Of a stretch of DNA of 64,000 nucleotides, positions 13,501 through 23,954 are shown piece after piece. Under the pieces are notes generated by a model. That model saw only the letters and a program-made list of their open reading frames with translations. It ran no database searches and was not told the DNA's origin. A program made the position numbers and the translations under genes. The number at the start of each line of letters is the position of its first letter. The first letter of the stretch is position 1. Source of the DNA: Kondoa subrosea (taxonomy: Eukaryota); contig BCIN01000001.1 in NCBI GenBank assembly GCA_039545335.1, forward strand, positions 2,167,129 to 2,231,128, read 5' to 3'.

Positions 13501-15023
13501 TCTCCTGGGTGAGTAATATTCACCTCTGATCGCTTATATCTGACCTTGTTCGTATACAGTCATTCTCGCCAGCAGTCTGAGACCGAACGACCGAACAGAG
13601 GAAGTTCACGTCGGTCTTTCTTTGGCTTCAATAGCACCACCAACGCTCCCACTAGTCCTATTCTCAATCGTCCTCGAATCTCTGTACCGGTCGGCTCGGA
13701 GAGAAGTCCGCCTACCCAGAGCACGCCTACCATGCAACAAGATAACATCATCATGCCTGCAAAGCAGCTGTCTGACGAACCCGAACATCATTCCGCTATC
13801 ATTTCACCTGATTCTGGAGAGTCGGTCAATCCGTTGAAGCGTATTGGTAAGCCAGATCTAGATGGATATCTCAAGAAGAAGAACGAGCGATATGGAAACT
13901 TCAAGCTTCGATATGTTGTTCTGAAAGGGACGCATTTGTACATCATGAAAGGACCCGATGTATGTAGTCCGATGGATACTTGTGTTGCCGAACTAATCTG
14001 AACAAAATAAAATAGGAAAAGAAGATCAAAGGCTGGATTTCACTTGCTGGCTACAAGATCCTTCCCGACTCAGACAGCAGCCGTGGTAACTACGGCTTCA
14101 AGATGCTCCACAACAGCTCACCTGCACACTACTTCGCCTCGGATAATCCGTTGACCATTCGCAAGTTTATGAAAGCCCTGATGAAATCATCCATTACTCG
14201 AGATTTGAAAGGTAAGCTGACACTCGTACGAGCTTTTCCGGCGCTGATGCGCTCTCTTCTAGCTCCTGTTGTGGCTTCGTCCAATATTCCTACCATGACA
14301 TTAGAAGAAGCTCAATCCATGTTTCCTCCACCACGGCCACCTTCTCCTACTTCTCGCGATCGAATGCAAAAAGAAAGACTTGGCGGAACAAATCCGAACT
14401 CGCTGACACCCAGAGATGCTGAAATTTTGACAAGTTTGACGAAATCAGCACCACCTTCAGCTCCAGCTCCGCCCAACAAGTCTGACAAGCGACAAAGTCT
14501 GTTCTCGAGCAGTTTGGCTTCCCTACGACCATCAAGCATTCGAGGAGATAGGCGATCGATGATGAGCATCAGCGATCACGGCTCTCTGGCAGATGCATCC
14601 TCGCCCGACACAGCAGCTTTCCCTCAACATACGCAAAATATGCGCGAGCTGAAAGTCAATCCTGACGCTGAACTTCTAGACTGGGTTAATTCCCATCTCA
14701 CGTCGAGCACACCCAAAGCAACCAATTTTAGCACCTCTTTCCAGTCGGGAGAAGTCTTGACTAGATTGACGGAAGATCTTTCGGCTCGTTACAAGGCAGA
14801 ACTGCAAGGCGTAGATCGGTTCAAACTTCCAGCAGGCAGCCACGACAGTTTTGGTCATGTTGACGCTCTACTGGACTACTTCGATTATCTGCTGGAACTT
14901 CACGTTGATACGCAAGACGTTGCTGTTGCTGAAGTGCTCAGAGGGGACTCGCCTCAAATTATCAAGCTGGTGAAGTCAATCCGTAATCACTTTGAGCAAG
15001 GGCAATCCGAAGTACTGGTATAA
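10534..15023 (+). CDS. BOI1: Boi1/Pob1-type polarity scaffold (SH3-SAM-PH) with C-terminal CH-like domain
   Basis: SH3 WALHPFEAENP|DEISF..GDGWWQ|G..GLFPESYT; SAM PRQWTVEQVIDW..EHEISGDVLLEMD..FGRR; PH DGYLKKKNERYGNFKLRYVVLKG; tail LLDWVNSHL..FQSGEVLTRL. Confidence 0.9.
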
Positions 15024-15279
15024 TTAATGAGCGAAGTTATAGCAATGTATATAGGAATAGAGTGTTTAATAGGCAGCATCGAGCATTCGGTAGTACGGTC
15101 CCACGATATTCGACTTCTGGCCGAATCGATGCTCTTCTTGAGCAAACTTGAGCTTTCGATCAATTTTTACGCGTTCCCACTCCCGTTTCAATTGCCTGGA
15201 GCTGCAGTCAAGTCAGGATCCGCGGACACTCTCTGCAAACGCGACTTGCTCGCGTCACTCACTGATCTTCCTTCTGGCT

Positions 15280-16968
15280 ATGGTTTCTCGCAAAGTCCTG
15301 CGAGTATCTGCAGCGCTCTGCACCTCATTCTTCTGCTACTTCATTGCTTCAAGAGCTGGGCCAGCCTGGCAGTCGCACTTTCGGAGGGCGAATAAGGACA
15401 TGACATCGAGTTTGCGTACTCAGCTTGAGTTGCCTTCTGTGACTCGCTCTAGTCATGACGAGAAGTGTGAGCTGATTTGCGTCTCGTTTCTGTTCAACAA
15501 AAGTTGAGATGAAGGATGATAGTCATCAGCTATCTCCCACACTCCGGTTTCAATAATCAGGTATAGACATATTGCGTCGATTTACGCTATTTCTCATCCA
15601 ACCTCATCATTCCCTTGCAGCGAATATCACTCATGAATGCCCTCTTTCTGGCGGAGAAGTTGAATCGCACCTTGATTATGCCATACGTGCATATGGGCCC
15701 TGCCCAGAATTGGAAGCTCAAAGACAAGCTGCAGAAAGATCTGGATAAACACCAGATTCTACTGAGACGCTGTCACTCGCACAATGTTAGCGCAATTACT
15801 CGAGGGACTAAAGAATGTCTCGCTCTGGAACAGCATGCTCGTAGGTCGGGTCGACCTTATCCTACTTCGCAATACTCATAAACACTGACAGTATTCAGCT
15901 GGTCCTTTCTCGTTGATTTGACAGCAGCTCAAAGCACTGTCCCACTCATCCAACGAGAAGACATTTCTCGATCATGGCTGACCAGTCAACAAGGTCTAGA
16001 CTTAGCGGAAAAAGACATATATCGATTGGCAGAAGAAAGCAAGTATCACTTCCGGCTCTATGCAAGTCCAAATTCTACTGATTCATTGGGCAAATTTGTT
16101 AATCGCTTGAACATCGAGGAGCTCGCTACGCCGGCGATGCAATCTTTTAGGCTGCTCGAATTCGGTACCCTTTATGGCACAAACAGAATTGATATGCATC
16201 AAGCCACTCAAGGGGATCTTGAACGCTGGCAGTCAATCGAACGGGCAATGGTCTTCACAAACCCGCTACTTGTCGATATAGCAGATAGGGTAGTTCAGCA
16301 GATGAAAGCTGAATTCGTTGGGCTGCATCTGAGAATCGGCGACGGAGAGTTCGAAGAAAGCGCAGCCCAGAACTTGAAGCAGATACTCAAGCAAGTGATG
16401 AAGTCTCTCTTAGGAGCGGCAGATTACGAGGTCGAACATCTGCTGAAATCTCAGCCTTCTCTGTCCATGGTACCACGAGACTCAGAACCGCAATGTGCAA
16501 AGCAGCATATAGAGCCCAGTTTGAAGGCCTTGAACAAGCTGTAAGCTGCACCAGTGCTTCGGGACGAGGCTCACATTATGTAGTATCTACGTCGCAACAG
16601 ATGCTCATCCGCCTCGATCACATCCATTACTACAAGAGTTGTTCTCTTGGCTACCTTGTTCAATGGTGCTAGATGAATTTGCCCCCGTTGTACCGGAGCT
16701 GCAGCATATGAAGACGATCCAGTCTGCAGAAGAGGGCGTGCTCATCGGAAGTAAGCGACAATCCTAAATTTCTCTTTCGTTTTGACTCCAAACAGACTTC
16801 CTCAATCCATTTCTCGATGCTATGGTCGCAGCTCGCGGCTTTGAAGTGTATGGTACACCGCACTCCACTTACTCATCGTGAGCTCTTGCCTGTGATTCTG
16901 CCAATCGGTTCTGACATTCGCTAGCTTTGTGACGACTACATTACACGAGCATTATACTCATCCTTTAG
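15280..16968 (+). CDS. O-fucosyltransferase-like (GT-B, O-FucT family) type II membrane glycosyltransferase
   Basis: N-terminal signal anchor; YLPHSGFNNQ|RISLMNALFLAEKLNRTLIMP; FVGLHLRIGDG; IYVATD; GTPHSTYS. Confidence 0.8.
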
Positions 16969-17612
16969 ATGTAAAGCACCCTCGGCGCCAAATGCGTCAT
17001 GGCGACAAAACCTCTTATGATTCGATTGTATAAGCTACCTCCAGGAACATCCACTTCTGTTTGCTCTTCTTCCTTCGACCAGCGAATCTCTCAGTAAATG
17101 TCTACAATACGAATGCTCATTCTGTTTGTGTGGATTCTGGTGAGGGCGTCTTGCATCACGGAGTGAAAAAGTCAGCGAATTTTGATCTGTAATGCTGTGG
17201 GCTATCCACGAAGTATTGCAGTCAGTTATTTCCGCTAGCCTTACCATGAATTACTTGACATCAAAAAAGCAGGTTGCTAAGAGCAGTATCATGAGCACGT
17301 CGGCTTTGGCGAACTTCAATATAGATGGATTTCAATAACATCGAAACCGACTGCCCTAAACTGCTGGCGAAGATCTCTCCTCTGAGATTATCAGGAAAAA
17401 GGGGCCAATACCTGAACACATTACTCGAGTAGTAGAAGCATTCCTCCCAAATTGAGATGCGGAAATGCATGCCAGACGTGTTACTAAGAAATTTGTGTGG
17501 CGCTTCTAGCCATGAATCACATTTCCAGATCGTTACGCCTCAGTAGATCTTTTTCTGAGGACACATTTTTCCCTCATCGCCATGCATATACACCTCATTT
17601 CAATCAATCCTC

Positions 17613-19113
17613 TCATAGTCTGGGTTGAGGTTCAACTGACAACAAAAGTTAGTAAAGCAAAGGCAACGACTCTGATGGCGTACTTTCGCCCAGGCTATGA
17701 ACAAAACAGCATCAGTACATTGCATAATGTAAGAAAAAGGAGAAAACACACTAGATTTGCCCATCAATGCCCGAAGAAAGTAGAATTGGTTGAGCTGGAT
17801 CAGGTGAGAATTCACAAGCTATGACTGTTCCTTTATGACCAGGTAGCTTGTATTGAATCTGTGCTGATTCAACTTGCCAAATCTGTGCACGGTGAAGGGA
17901 TTCGATAAGCTACTTAAAGCTAATATTGAGAACAGACTACGAACTGTTACTGTGCGATCTGCTCCACCCAAGGCAACCCTATCGCCTGAAGGATCCCAGC
18001 ATGGCTTGCGTAATTGGGAATCGAATCCTGCTGGTGCGCCCATCAAAGTCCGATATAATCGAGGCGATTGACCTGGAGCATTTGATACAGTGGGTGCGCT
18101 GTCAAAACCGATGAATTTCAGCGCGAGACAGTGCCGAAGTCAACAAGACTGACAACGGTCTGATATCCCAGATTTTCGCAGTATTGTCGAAAGACGACGA
18201 AAGCAATTGCGCGCCGTTAGGTGAGACAGACATGCCAGCGATCGTGTCGGTATGTCCCATCAGAGAATAAGCGATTGCTCTTTTCCTGAGATCGTAGCAA
18301 TGAATTGCGTTGTCCAAACCACCCAAGAAGACTTGTTGGCCATCCGCAGACCATTTTGCTGAAGTGATAGGGTAACCCAATTCAATCTCTTCTATCGGAT
18401 CTTTTGATTCCACATTCCAGATTCTAGCTGTCCCATCATCTCCAGCGGAAAGCAATAACTCTCTTCCTGTTCCTTTGACGCAATCTACGGAATTTAACAC
18501 CCTGTTGGCTGCTGATCGGTGCCGCCGAACAACAGATCCAGTGTTGAGATCAAAGGTAGAGATAGTTCCATCTGAACAGCCAGCGAAGAGATGCTTGGAA
18601 GTAGTTAAAGGTGAAAATTGTACTGTAGTGAAAACAGCTTTGCTGCTTGTTGAGCGAAGAACACCATACTGAGCCGTATAATTAGCGGTGCAGCATCCAA
18701 CAGGTAGTCATGCTCACATTTTCGCATGCGCCATAAACATTCCATAAACCTGAGTAAAACATCAGTTACGCAAAGCGCGATAGCGTTCGAATCAGCTCAC
18801 ATATCGTCCTATCTTTCGATGTACTGGCTATATGCTCTCCGGCCGGGTCAAATCGAGCATCCAAACATTCTGCCTGTCCTTGGACTTGAGCATGCAGGCA
18901 AGGCAGAGTCAGAAAATGCAGACTCACAGTGTGGCCTTGCAAGATCATAATAGGATGCTGCAACCCGCTCGTTCGCCTTATAGTAGATACGACACCCTTG
19001 CCTCGTGCGTCTTGACCTACGACCAATTGCTGCGTTCCTTCCTCTGGCACCTCATCTACTCTCGCCCTTTTGGCTAGAGCAACGCTGTCTGGCGGTCCTC
19101 GCTTGTTCGACAT
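17613..19113 (-). CDS. SNRNP40: U5 snRNP 40 kDa WD40 protein (Spf38/Cwf17)
   Basis: RTSGLQHPIMILQGH N-terminal motif; WD repeats (SAGDDGTARIWN, GHTDTIAG, SFDNTAKIWDIRP, YKLPGHKGTV); end IYLGEIEPQPRL* via an 11-nt exon. Confidence 0.9.
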
Positions 19114-19249
19114 GCTTCTATGTACTTTACGAGACGAGAATGAGGGTATAAAGAGGGCAGCACGCTGTACAAGACCAAGCTCGATAAATGGCAAAATTCA
19201 AAGCGCTTGCTCTCGTACAATCAATCAATCAACCAATCAACTCAATCAA

Positions 19250-19760
19250 TACGTCTCAGCAGTCTTTGCATACAGGACATCTCTTCTAGTGTGCGGATGC
19301 TGGTTCCCAAGGGCTAGGTTCCCTTCTGCAGCGAACACCTGACCAAATTTTCCTTCTACATACTCTTCTTACTATAGTCGCGATGGTTCCCAGCTCTCCG
19401 TCCGATCTTGAGGCTAGGTACCCACCACCTCGACGTCTTCTATCATCGTGAGCCTGCACTGCTATCCGGCAACTCGATAAGATTGAAGTAAGCTACACAT
19501 CTTTCTGTCTGCTTTCCTCTTGCCCACTTCGCAATGACGACAAATTATGTGACACGACGGAAAGCTCTTCGTCTAAACGAATTGAGCAGAATGTCGACTT
19601 GTAACGTTTCCTATTAGCCGGACGCGAATTCTGCACAGCGTGCTTCTACCTGTACATATCGAGCTGACTGTTTCGTGTGCAGGTTCTTGTAATTTCTCTC
19701 TCCTTTAGTGGAATAACGGCGAAGTCTCGATCCGATCAATAGCGTAAAATATAAGACAAT
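19250..19760 (+). ncRNA. Putative spliced non-coding (or micropeptide-only) snoRNA host transcript; ends approximate
   Basis: TATA-like TATAAA near 19147; intron about 19290-19377 (CTGAC..TAG); second intron from GTGAGC 19448 or GTAAGC 19488 to CAG 19682 (branch GCTGAC 19663) carries the snoRNA. Longest spliced ATG ORF is only 22-24 codons (from 19383). Confidence 0.55.
19528..19628 (+). ncRNA. Intronic box C/D snoRNA guiding 2'-O-methylation in LSU rRNA near helices 90-92 (equivalent of yeast 25S A2934)
   Basis: Terminal stem TTCGC (19528-32)/GCGAA (19624-28); box C ATGACGA 19534-40; box D CGGA 19619-22; 14-nt guide ACGTTTCCTATTAG (19604-17) complementary, with one G:U, to conserved LSU CUAAUAGGGAACGU. 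Sits in an unusually long intron about 40 nt upstream of the branch point. Confidence 0.85.
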
Positions 19761-19794
19761 GCAAATTTAGTTTGAATCAAACACACAAGAGTCA

Positions 19795-22052
19795 TTAGAC
19801 TGGAGCCAAAACAGAAGGCATAAACCCCGTGACTACTTGATCAGACTCGTGAGATGACATAGCATCTTGCGGCGATTCCAATTTTGCAGTCTTTGGCTGC
19901 TCACAAAATAAGCATAGTACATGACAGGATGCTCGACTAACATCTTCTGTCGATGTTACTGTAGCTCTATTGTCTTCGCGGCGTTTCTTCTTAGCTGGTA
20001 GACCGTAGGCGACAACTTTTTGGCCGCGATCATCTTTGAAATGAAAGACGTTCGTTCTTTGTCCTGCTCGGGCTTCAGCGCGACTTTCAGTCTCGCAAAC
20101 ATTCACTGACGCAACTCCGGCTGACTCCATATGTCTGGCTCTTCATCTGACTCATAGAGTACATCTCGCATCTCATTCAGGTCTACTTTAGTTCGATTAA
20201 AAGTTCCTGTCCGAATGTAATCAGATCACCTTCAGCTTTTTGCCGTATAGTTACTGACGTCTCAAGCTTTTATGTGGCACTTGATTTCGTTGAAGCATGT
20301 GAGTATCCCAAAATTGCTCGTCTACAGCAAAACAATTTAGCTTCAAACAAAGGATAATGGCTAAGCTCACCTTCCGCCCACGGTTTCACATTGCTGTTGA
20401 CTGAACACAAGTACGCATGCGGACCTCTTATTTGCTCTGGAGGTTGAAATTCAGGCGCGACGGAGGCAGAATCTTCTCGTTCACCAGGTGTAGGGTGTGT
20501 TCGCAACCCTGCTCGTCTGGAATTCCCAGGCGTACCTGTAATCATTCTTCATCTCTTTCTGTTGATCGGACTCAAATGCAGACTGACCTCCACCTGCGTT
20601 TAAGGCATCTTCCGCTGCTGCAACATTTTCTTTCTTCATCTTGGTAGAAAAGTCTGCTCTAGCTTTTTGCGCAGCTAAGCCGAAATCGACTTCCGGTGCA
20701 GGATCTACATTCTCTTGACTTGTATCCACTCGGTTTAACGTAAATGGAACAGACACTTTTTCGCCTGATTGGAGATCGGAAAGCACATCGGGGTGTTCTA
20801 AGAAACGATGAATGATCCATAGCAGAGCATTGGCTTTCTCTGCTGATGGAATGCTGGCAGAAAAATGCAGTAAGCTCTGAGGAGCTTGACCGCTCCCACC
20901 CACTCACTCATTTGGCCAAAAAAGATCCATAGTCTCAAAACCTGATGGCATGAAACGACTTGTTACCAGCTGCCCAATTTGATCAGCAACAGACATCAAT
21001 TTATGCATTCTGACTCACTCCAGTCTCGGCAAACATAATGAAAAGTAGATTGACGACCGAAGTACTAGGTCTTCTGCCTCTAGACTGGACATCCGAATTA
21101 GCTGTGAGCGAGAGATTACGTGAATAACGTAAAATACTGAACGTACAGCAGCTAGGGCGATTCCCGACAACGTCTCCGGTGCATCTTTGGCTTCTTGCGG
21201 AAGCAAAGCAGCTTTCAGTTGCGATTTGAGTCTAGGTGCATCTTGCAGATTCTTTCGAGAATATTCATGCATTTGCATAGAGGGTAAGGGGTGATAGGTT
21301 CGCATCGCCGTTCGCATTTCTGGGAAGACTACACATAGGATCGGACGCGATCAGATACGTCTGACACACGTTGCGATCCAACTTACAAGCTATTGTGGTG
21401 TTGATGCGACCGACATTGACCAATAAACATAGCTTGGCGAAATTCAAAGCGAAATCTTGACTTTCTGCCATCTTATCTCTGCCATCCTGTAGTAAGTATA
21501 GTTGGCTATGTAGATGGAAAAAACTCACTTGATAGATCGAGTTGCTTTAGTTGAGTTGGCTATACAATCCAAATACAGTTCGGCGAAAGACCACATTCGA
21601 TTGGTAGGGAAAAGAGGAGCAGAAGCAGAAGAATATTGAGGTGGAGTAAAGCGATAAGTACTGTTGCTGAACAGATGGGCCAGGAGATCCATCTGGATAT
21701 CCTTCCGCCAAAGAGGTTCACCTGTGACGCAACAAATAAGAGGGACAAGCAGGGAGGAAGAGGCGAAGATATGTACCATCTGGTTTCTTGATAGGCCATA
21801 AAGGAGCGAGCGAATCTTGGGCGACTCTATATCCATCTTCAGATTGGCACCTTCGACCTGGCTCGACACGTACGGGTTGGACTTGCCCTTTCTGGGAGGA
21901 GCCCTGTTAATATGACAGAAATACAGGCTCAGAGACCGCCTGTAACATGTAGGAAGGCTTTGAAGAAACAAGGATTAAAACAAGCAGTATCGCGCGAGGA
22001 AAGACGATAGGACAGACGGAGGCAGATGAATAGAAGATGAGATTACGTACAT
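19795..22052 (-). CDS. IES1: INO80 complex subunit Ies1
   Basis: GEPLWRKDIQ, LLVNVGRINTT, FPEMRTAMRTYHPLPSMQ, LQDAPRLKS, ENVDPAPE. Start codon split AT|G by intron 22050-21904. Last exons run through ORF 19795-20130. Confidence 0.85.
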
Positions 22053-22157
22053 GCTGCAAGGTTGTGAGCTATTCCAGCAGCTCTGGCTGTGATTGTATCA
22101 AACCAACCTTGTTCATTATCGTCCAATTTTATTTACTACAATAGCTCAAGAGGGAAA

Positions 22158-22634
22158 ATGGTCAGGTGGTCTGATAGCTTACCCCTGTATGGAATCTTAT
22201 CTGTCAAATCTTGCAATGCAACAGGCCAGCGATTTGCGATATACGAAGAATCAGCAAGTGGAGAGTCTTCACGCCAGATTCGTAGGCACAGGCCATGCGG
22301 ATCTAACCAAATAGTTTGTCTCAAGGGCTGTCCGCTCTACCTTGTATGCTGAATTCACGCAGTGAATGGCTCTCGCATCAGCATCGCGATACTTATGCAT
22401 CTATTGTTGGACATCCACCTTTGTTGAATTACCTTGCCTGTGCTGAAGGAGAAGCTTCTGGACGAGTCAAATTTGAGCTGGCGGAAGTTAGTCTTTCCGT
22501 ATCATCCGAAAATCATATAACTTATGCTTGAGCAGAAAATGCTGCAGCCATGCGGTCAGTCCGCTCACATACGACGGTGGAGAATGTCTAACAGAATCGC
22601 AGGTCCCCCGCCGAAAAGAGAGGACGAAGATTAA
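22158..22634 (+). CDS. SF3B5: Splicing factor 3B subunit 5 (SF3b10/Ysf3)
   Basis: ATG|intron, then RFVGTGHADLTKY|EWLSHQHRDTYASIVGH..RVKFELAE|KMLQPCG|PPPKREDED*. Confidence 0.93.
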
Positions 22635-22706
22635 ATGGCATTGAATCGCAAATGTACTACTAGATGTTAAAATCGCATGCAAGGGTATACTTCTATTCTT
22701 CTTCTT

Positions 22707-23648
22707 CTATCCCAATTTCATGGCATTTGCACCGGAGAGCCATGGTTTTGCAGGTTTTGCATCCTTCTTTTGTGGCTGAGGTTGAGGCTGTTTCTGCTTA
22801 GGCGGCTCAGTGATTCCTTTTTTGAGCTTCTCCTTCTCCCTCTTGTCTTGCTTTTCCTTTTCCTTCTTCGCTCTCTGATCACCTAATCGTTTCCTAGCAT
22901 CCTCAATCTTGCTTGTCCTCTTTTCTCCTTTCCCACCACCGCCAGCTGAAATTTCTACATTGATCTTCCTCTTCTCGATCAAAGAATGATGCAATCGTAG
23001 GGCAGATTGCAAAGCTCCGGCGTTTGTGAACTCAATGAAAGCGCAGCCTTTAGATTTTGCTTGATCTGCTTCAGGTGTAGGTTTTTTGCTGAGAAGTCTG
23101 ACAGAAGGTTCTTGCCCTACATAATATATCAATATGACGTTGTGACCGGCAGAAGAGACAGCTGAGAACTAACCACATGCAGCTGCAAAATGTGCTTTAA
23201 GTACTTCTGCTGTCGCGGTATAAGGTAGATTGCCTGTACAGAGTCCATCAGCATACAGACACGACACAGTAACATGAGACTAACCACAGAAGCATATGTA
23301 ACGCTGCCGCGAGGGCTTCTTCTTCTTTGCAGGCTCTCCGACATCATTTGCATCCCTATCGCCTTCAACAGCTGCCTCAGGCTCTTCTGTCCTTTTCCTC
23401 TTCTGCCCCTTGCCTTTCTCTTTGGTCTCTGGCTGAACCACAAGGTCCACAACATCCTCAGCAGCTACGCCATCGCCTTCATCTAAATCGGCCTCTGGCA
23501 AAGCTTCAATGTTCTGCCTCAGTGCTTTCCTCGCTTTGCCTGCTGATCGCTTCTTTGACGCTTCTGAGCCACCAGAAGCAGATCCATGATGCGCTAATGC
23601 TTTTTTCTGCTTCTTTGTGAGTTTTGCGGCGGGCTGTTCAGCGGACAT
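22707..23648 (-). CDS. NOP6: Nucleolar RRM protein Nop6-like
   Basis: KLTKKQKKAL N-terminus; RRM RYICFCG|NLPY..KSKGCAFIEF..RKINVEISAGGGG; basic tail. Confidence 0.8.
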
Positions 23649-23954
23649 CCTCTTGTTTTGTATGGCTGCGCGAGAAATGTATGTATCTCCCTGATGCAAA
23701 TGACAGTTCCTGGCCCTTTACTGTTCTGTCACTGTTGAGCCTGAGTCGGGCGAATAGTTTAGAGACAAGCTTTATTTTGCGAAGGTTGCCCTGTCCCATC
23801 TGTTTGCTTGCTCGCTTCGCTCTCCTCTCGCCGGTTTCTGTCAGGTGTTTCACTGTTGTCCAACAGCCTCCCGCCTTCCCAGCTCTCGAGTCTTCTAGCA
23901 CACTCAAGTTCTTCCAAATCTTGCAGAAAATTTTCGACGCTTAAGAATCCAAAT

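Noticed and set aside
16969..17612. 640-nt gap between convergent genes, with scattered splice-like signals and a short ATG ORF at 16999
   Set aside because: I could not build a consistent spliced ORF or RNA motif on either strand; left unannotated.
19551..19570. Possible snR73/SNORD35-like D' guide for the Cm2959 equivalent
   Set aside because: No credible D' box at the D+5 spacing (it would be CUCU), so it is reported as accessory pairing instead.
19795..20130. Stand-alone 111-aa ORF
   Set aside because: It joins IES1 in frame through intron GTCAGT..GCTGAA..CAG, so it is treated as the IES1 3' exons.
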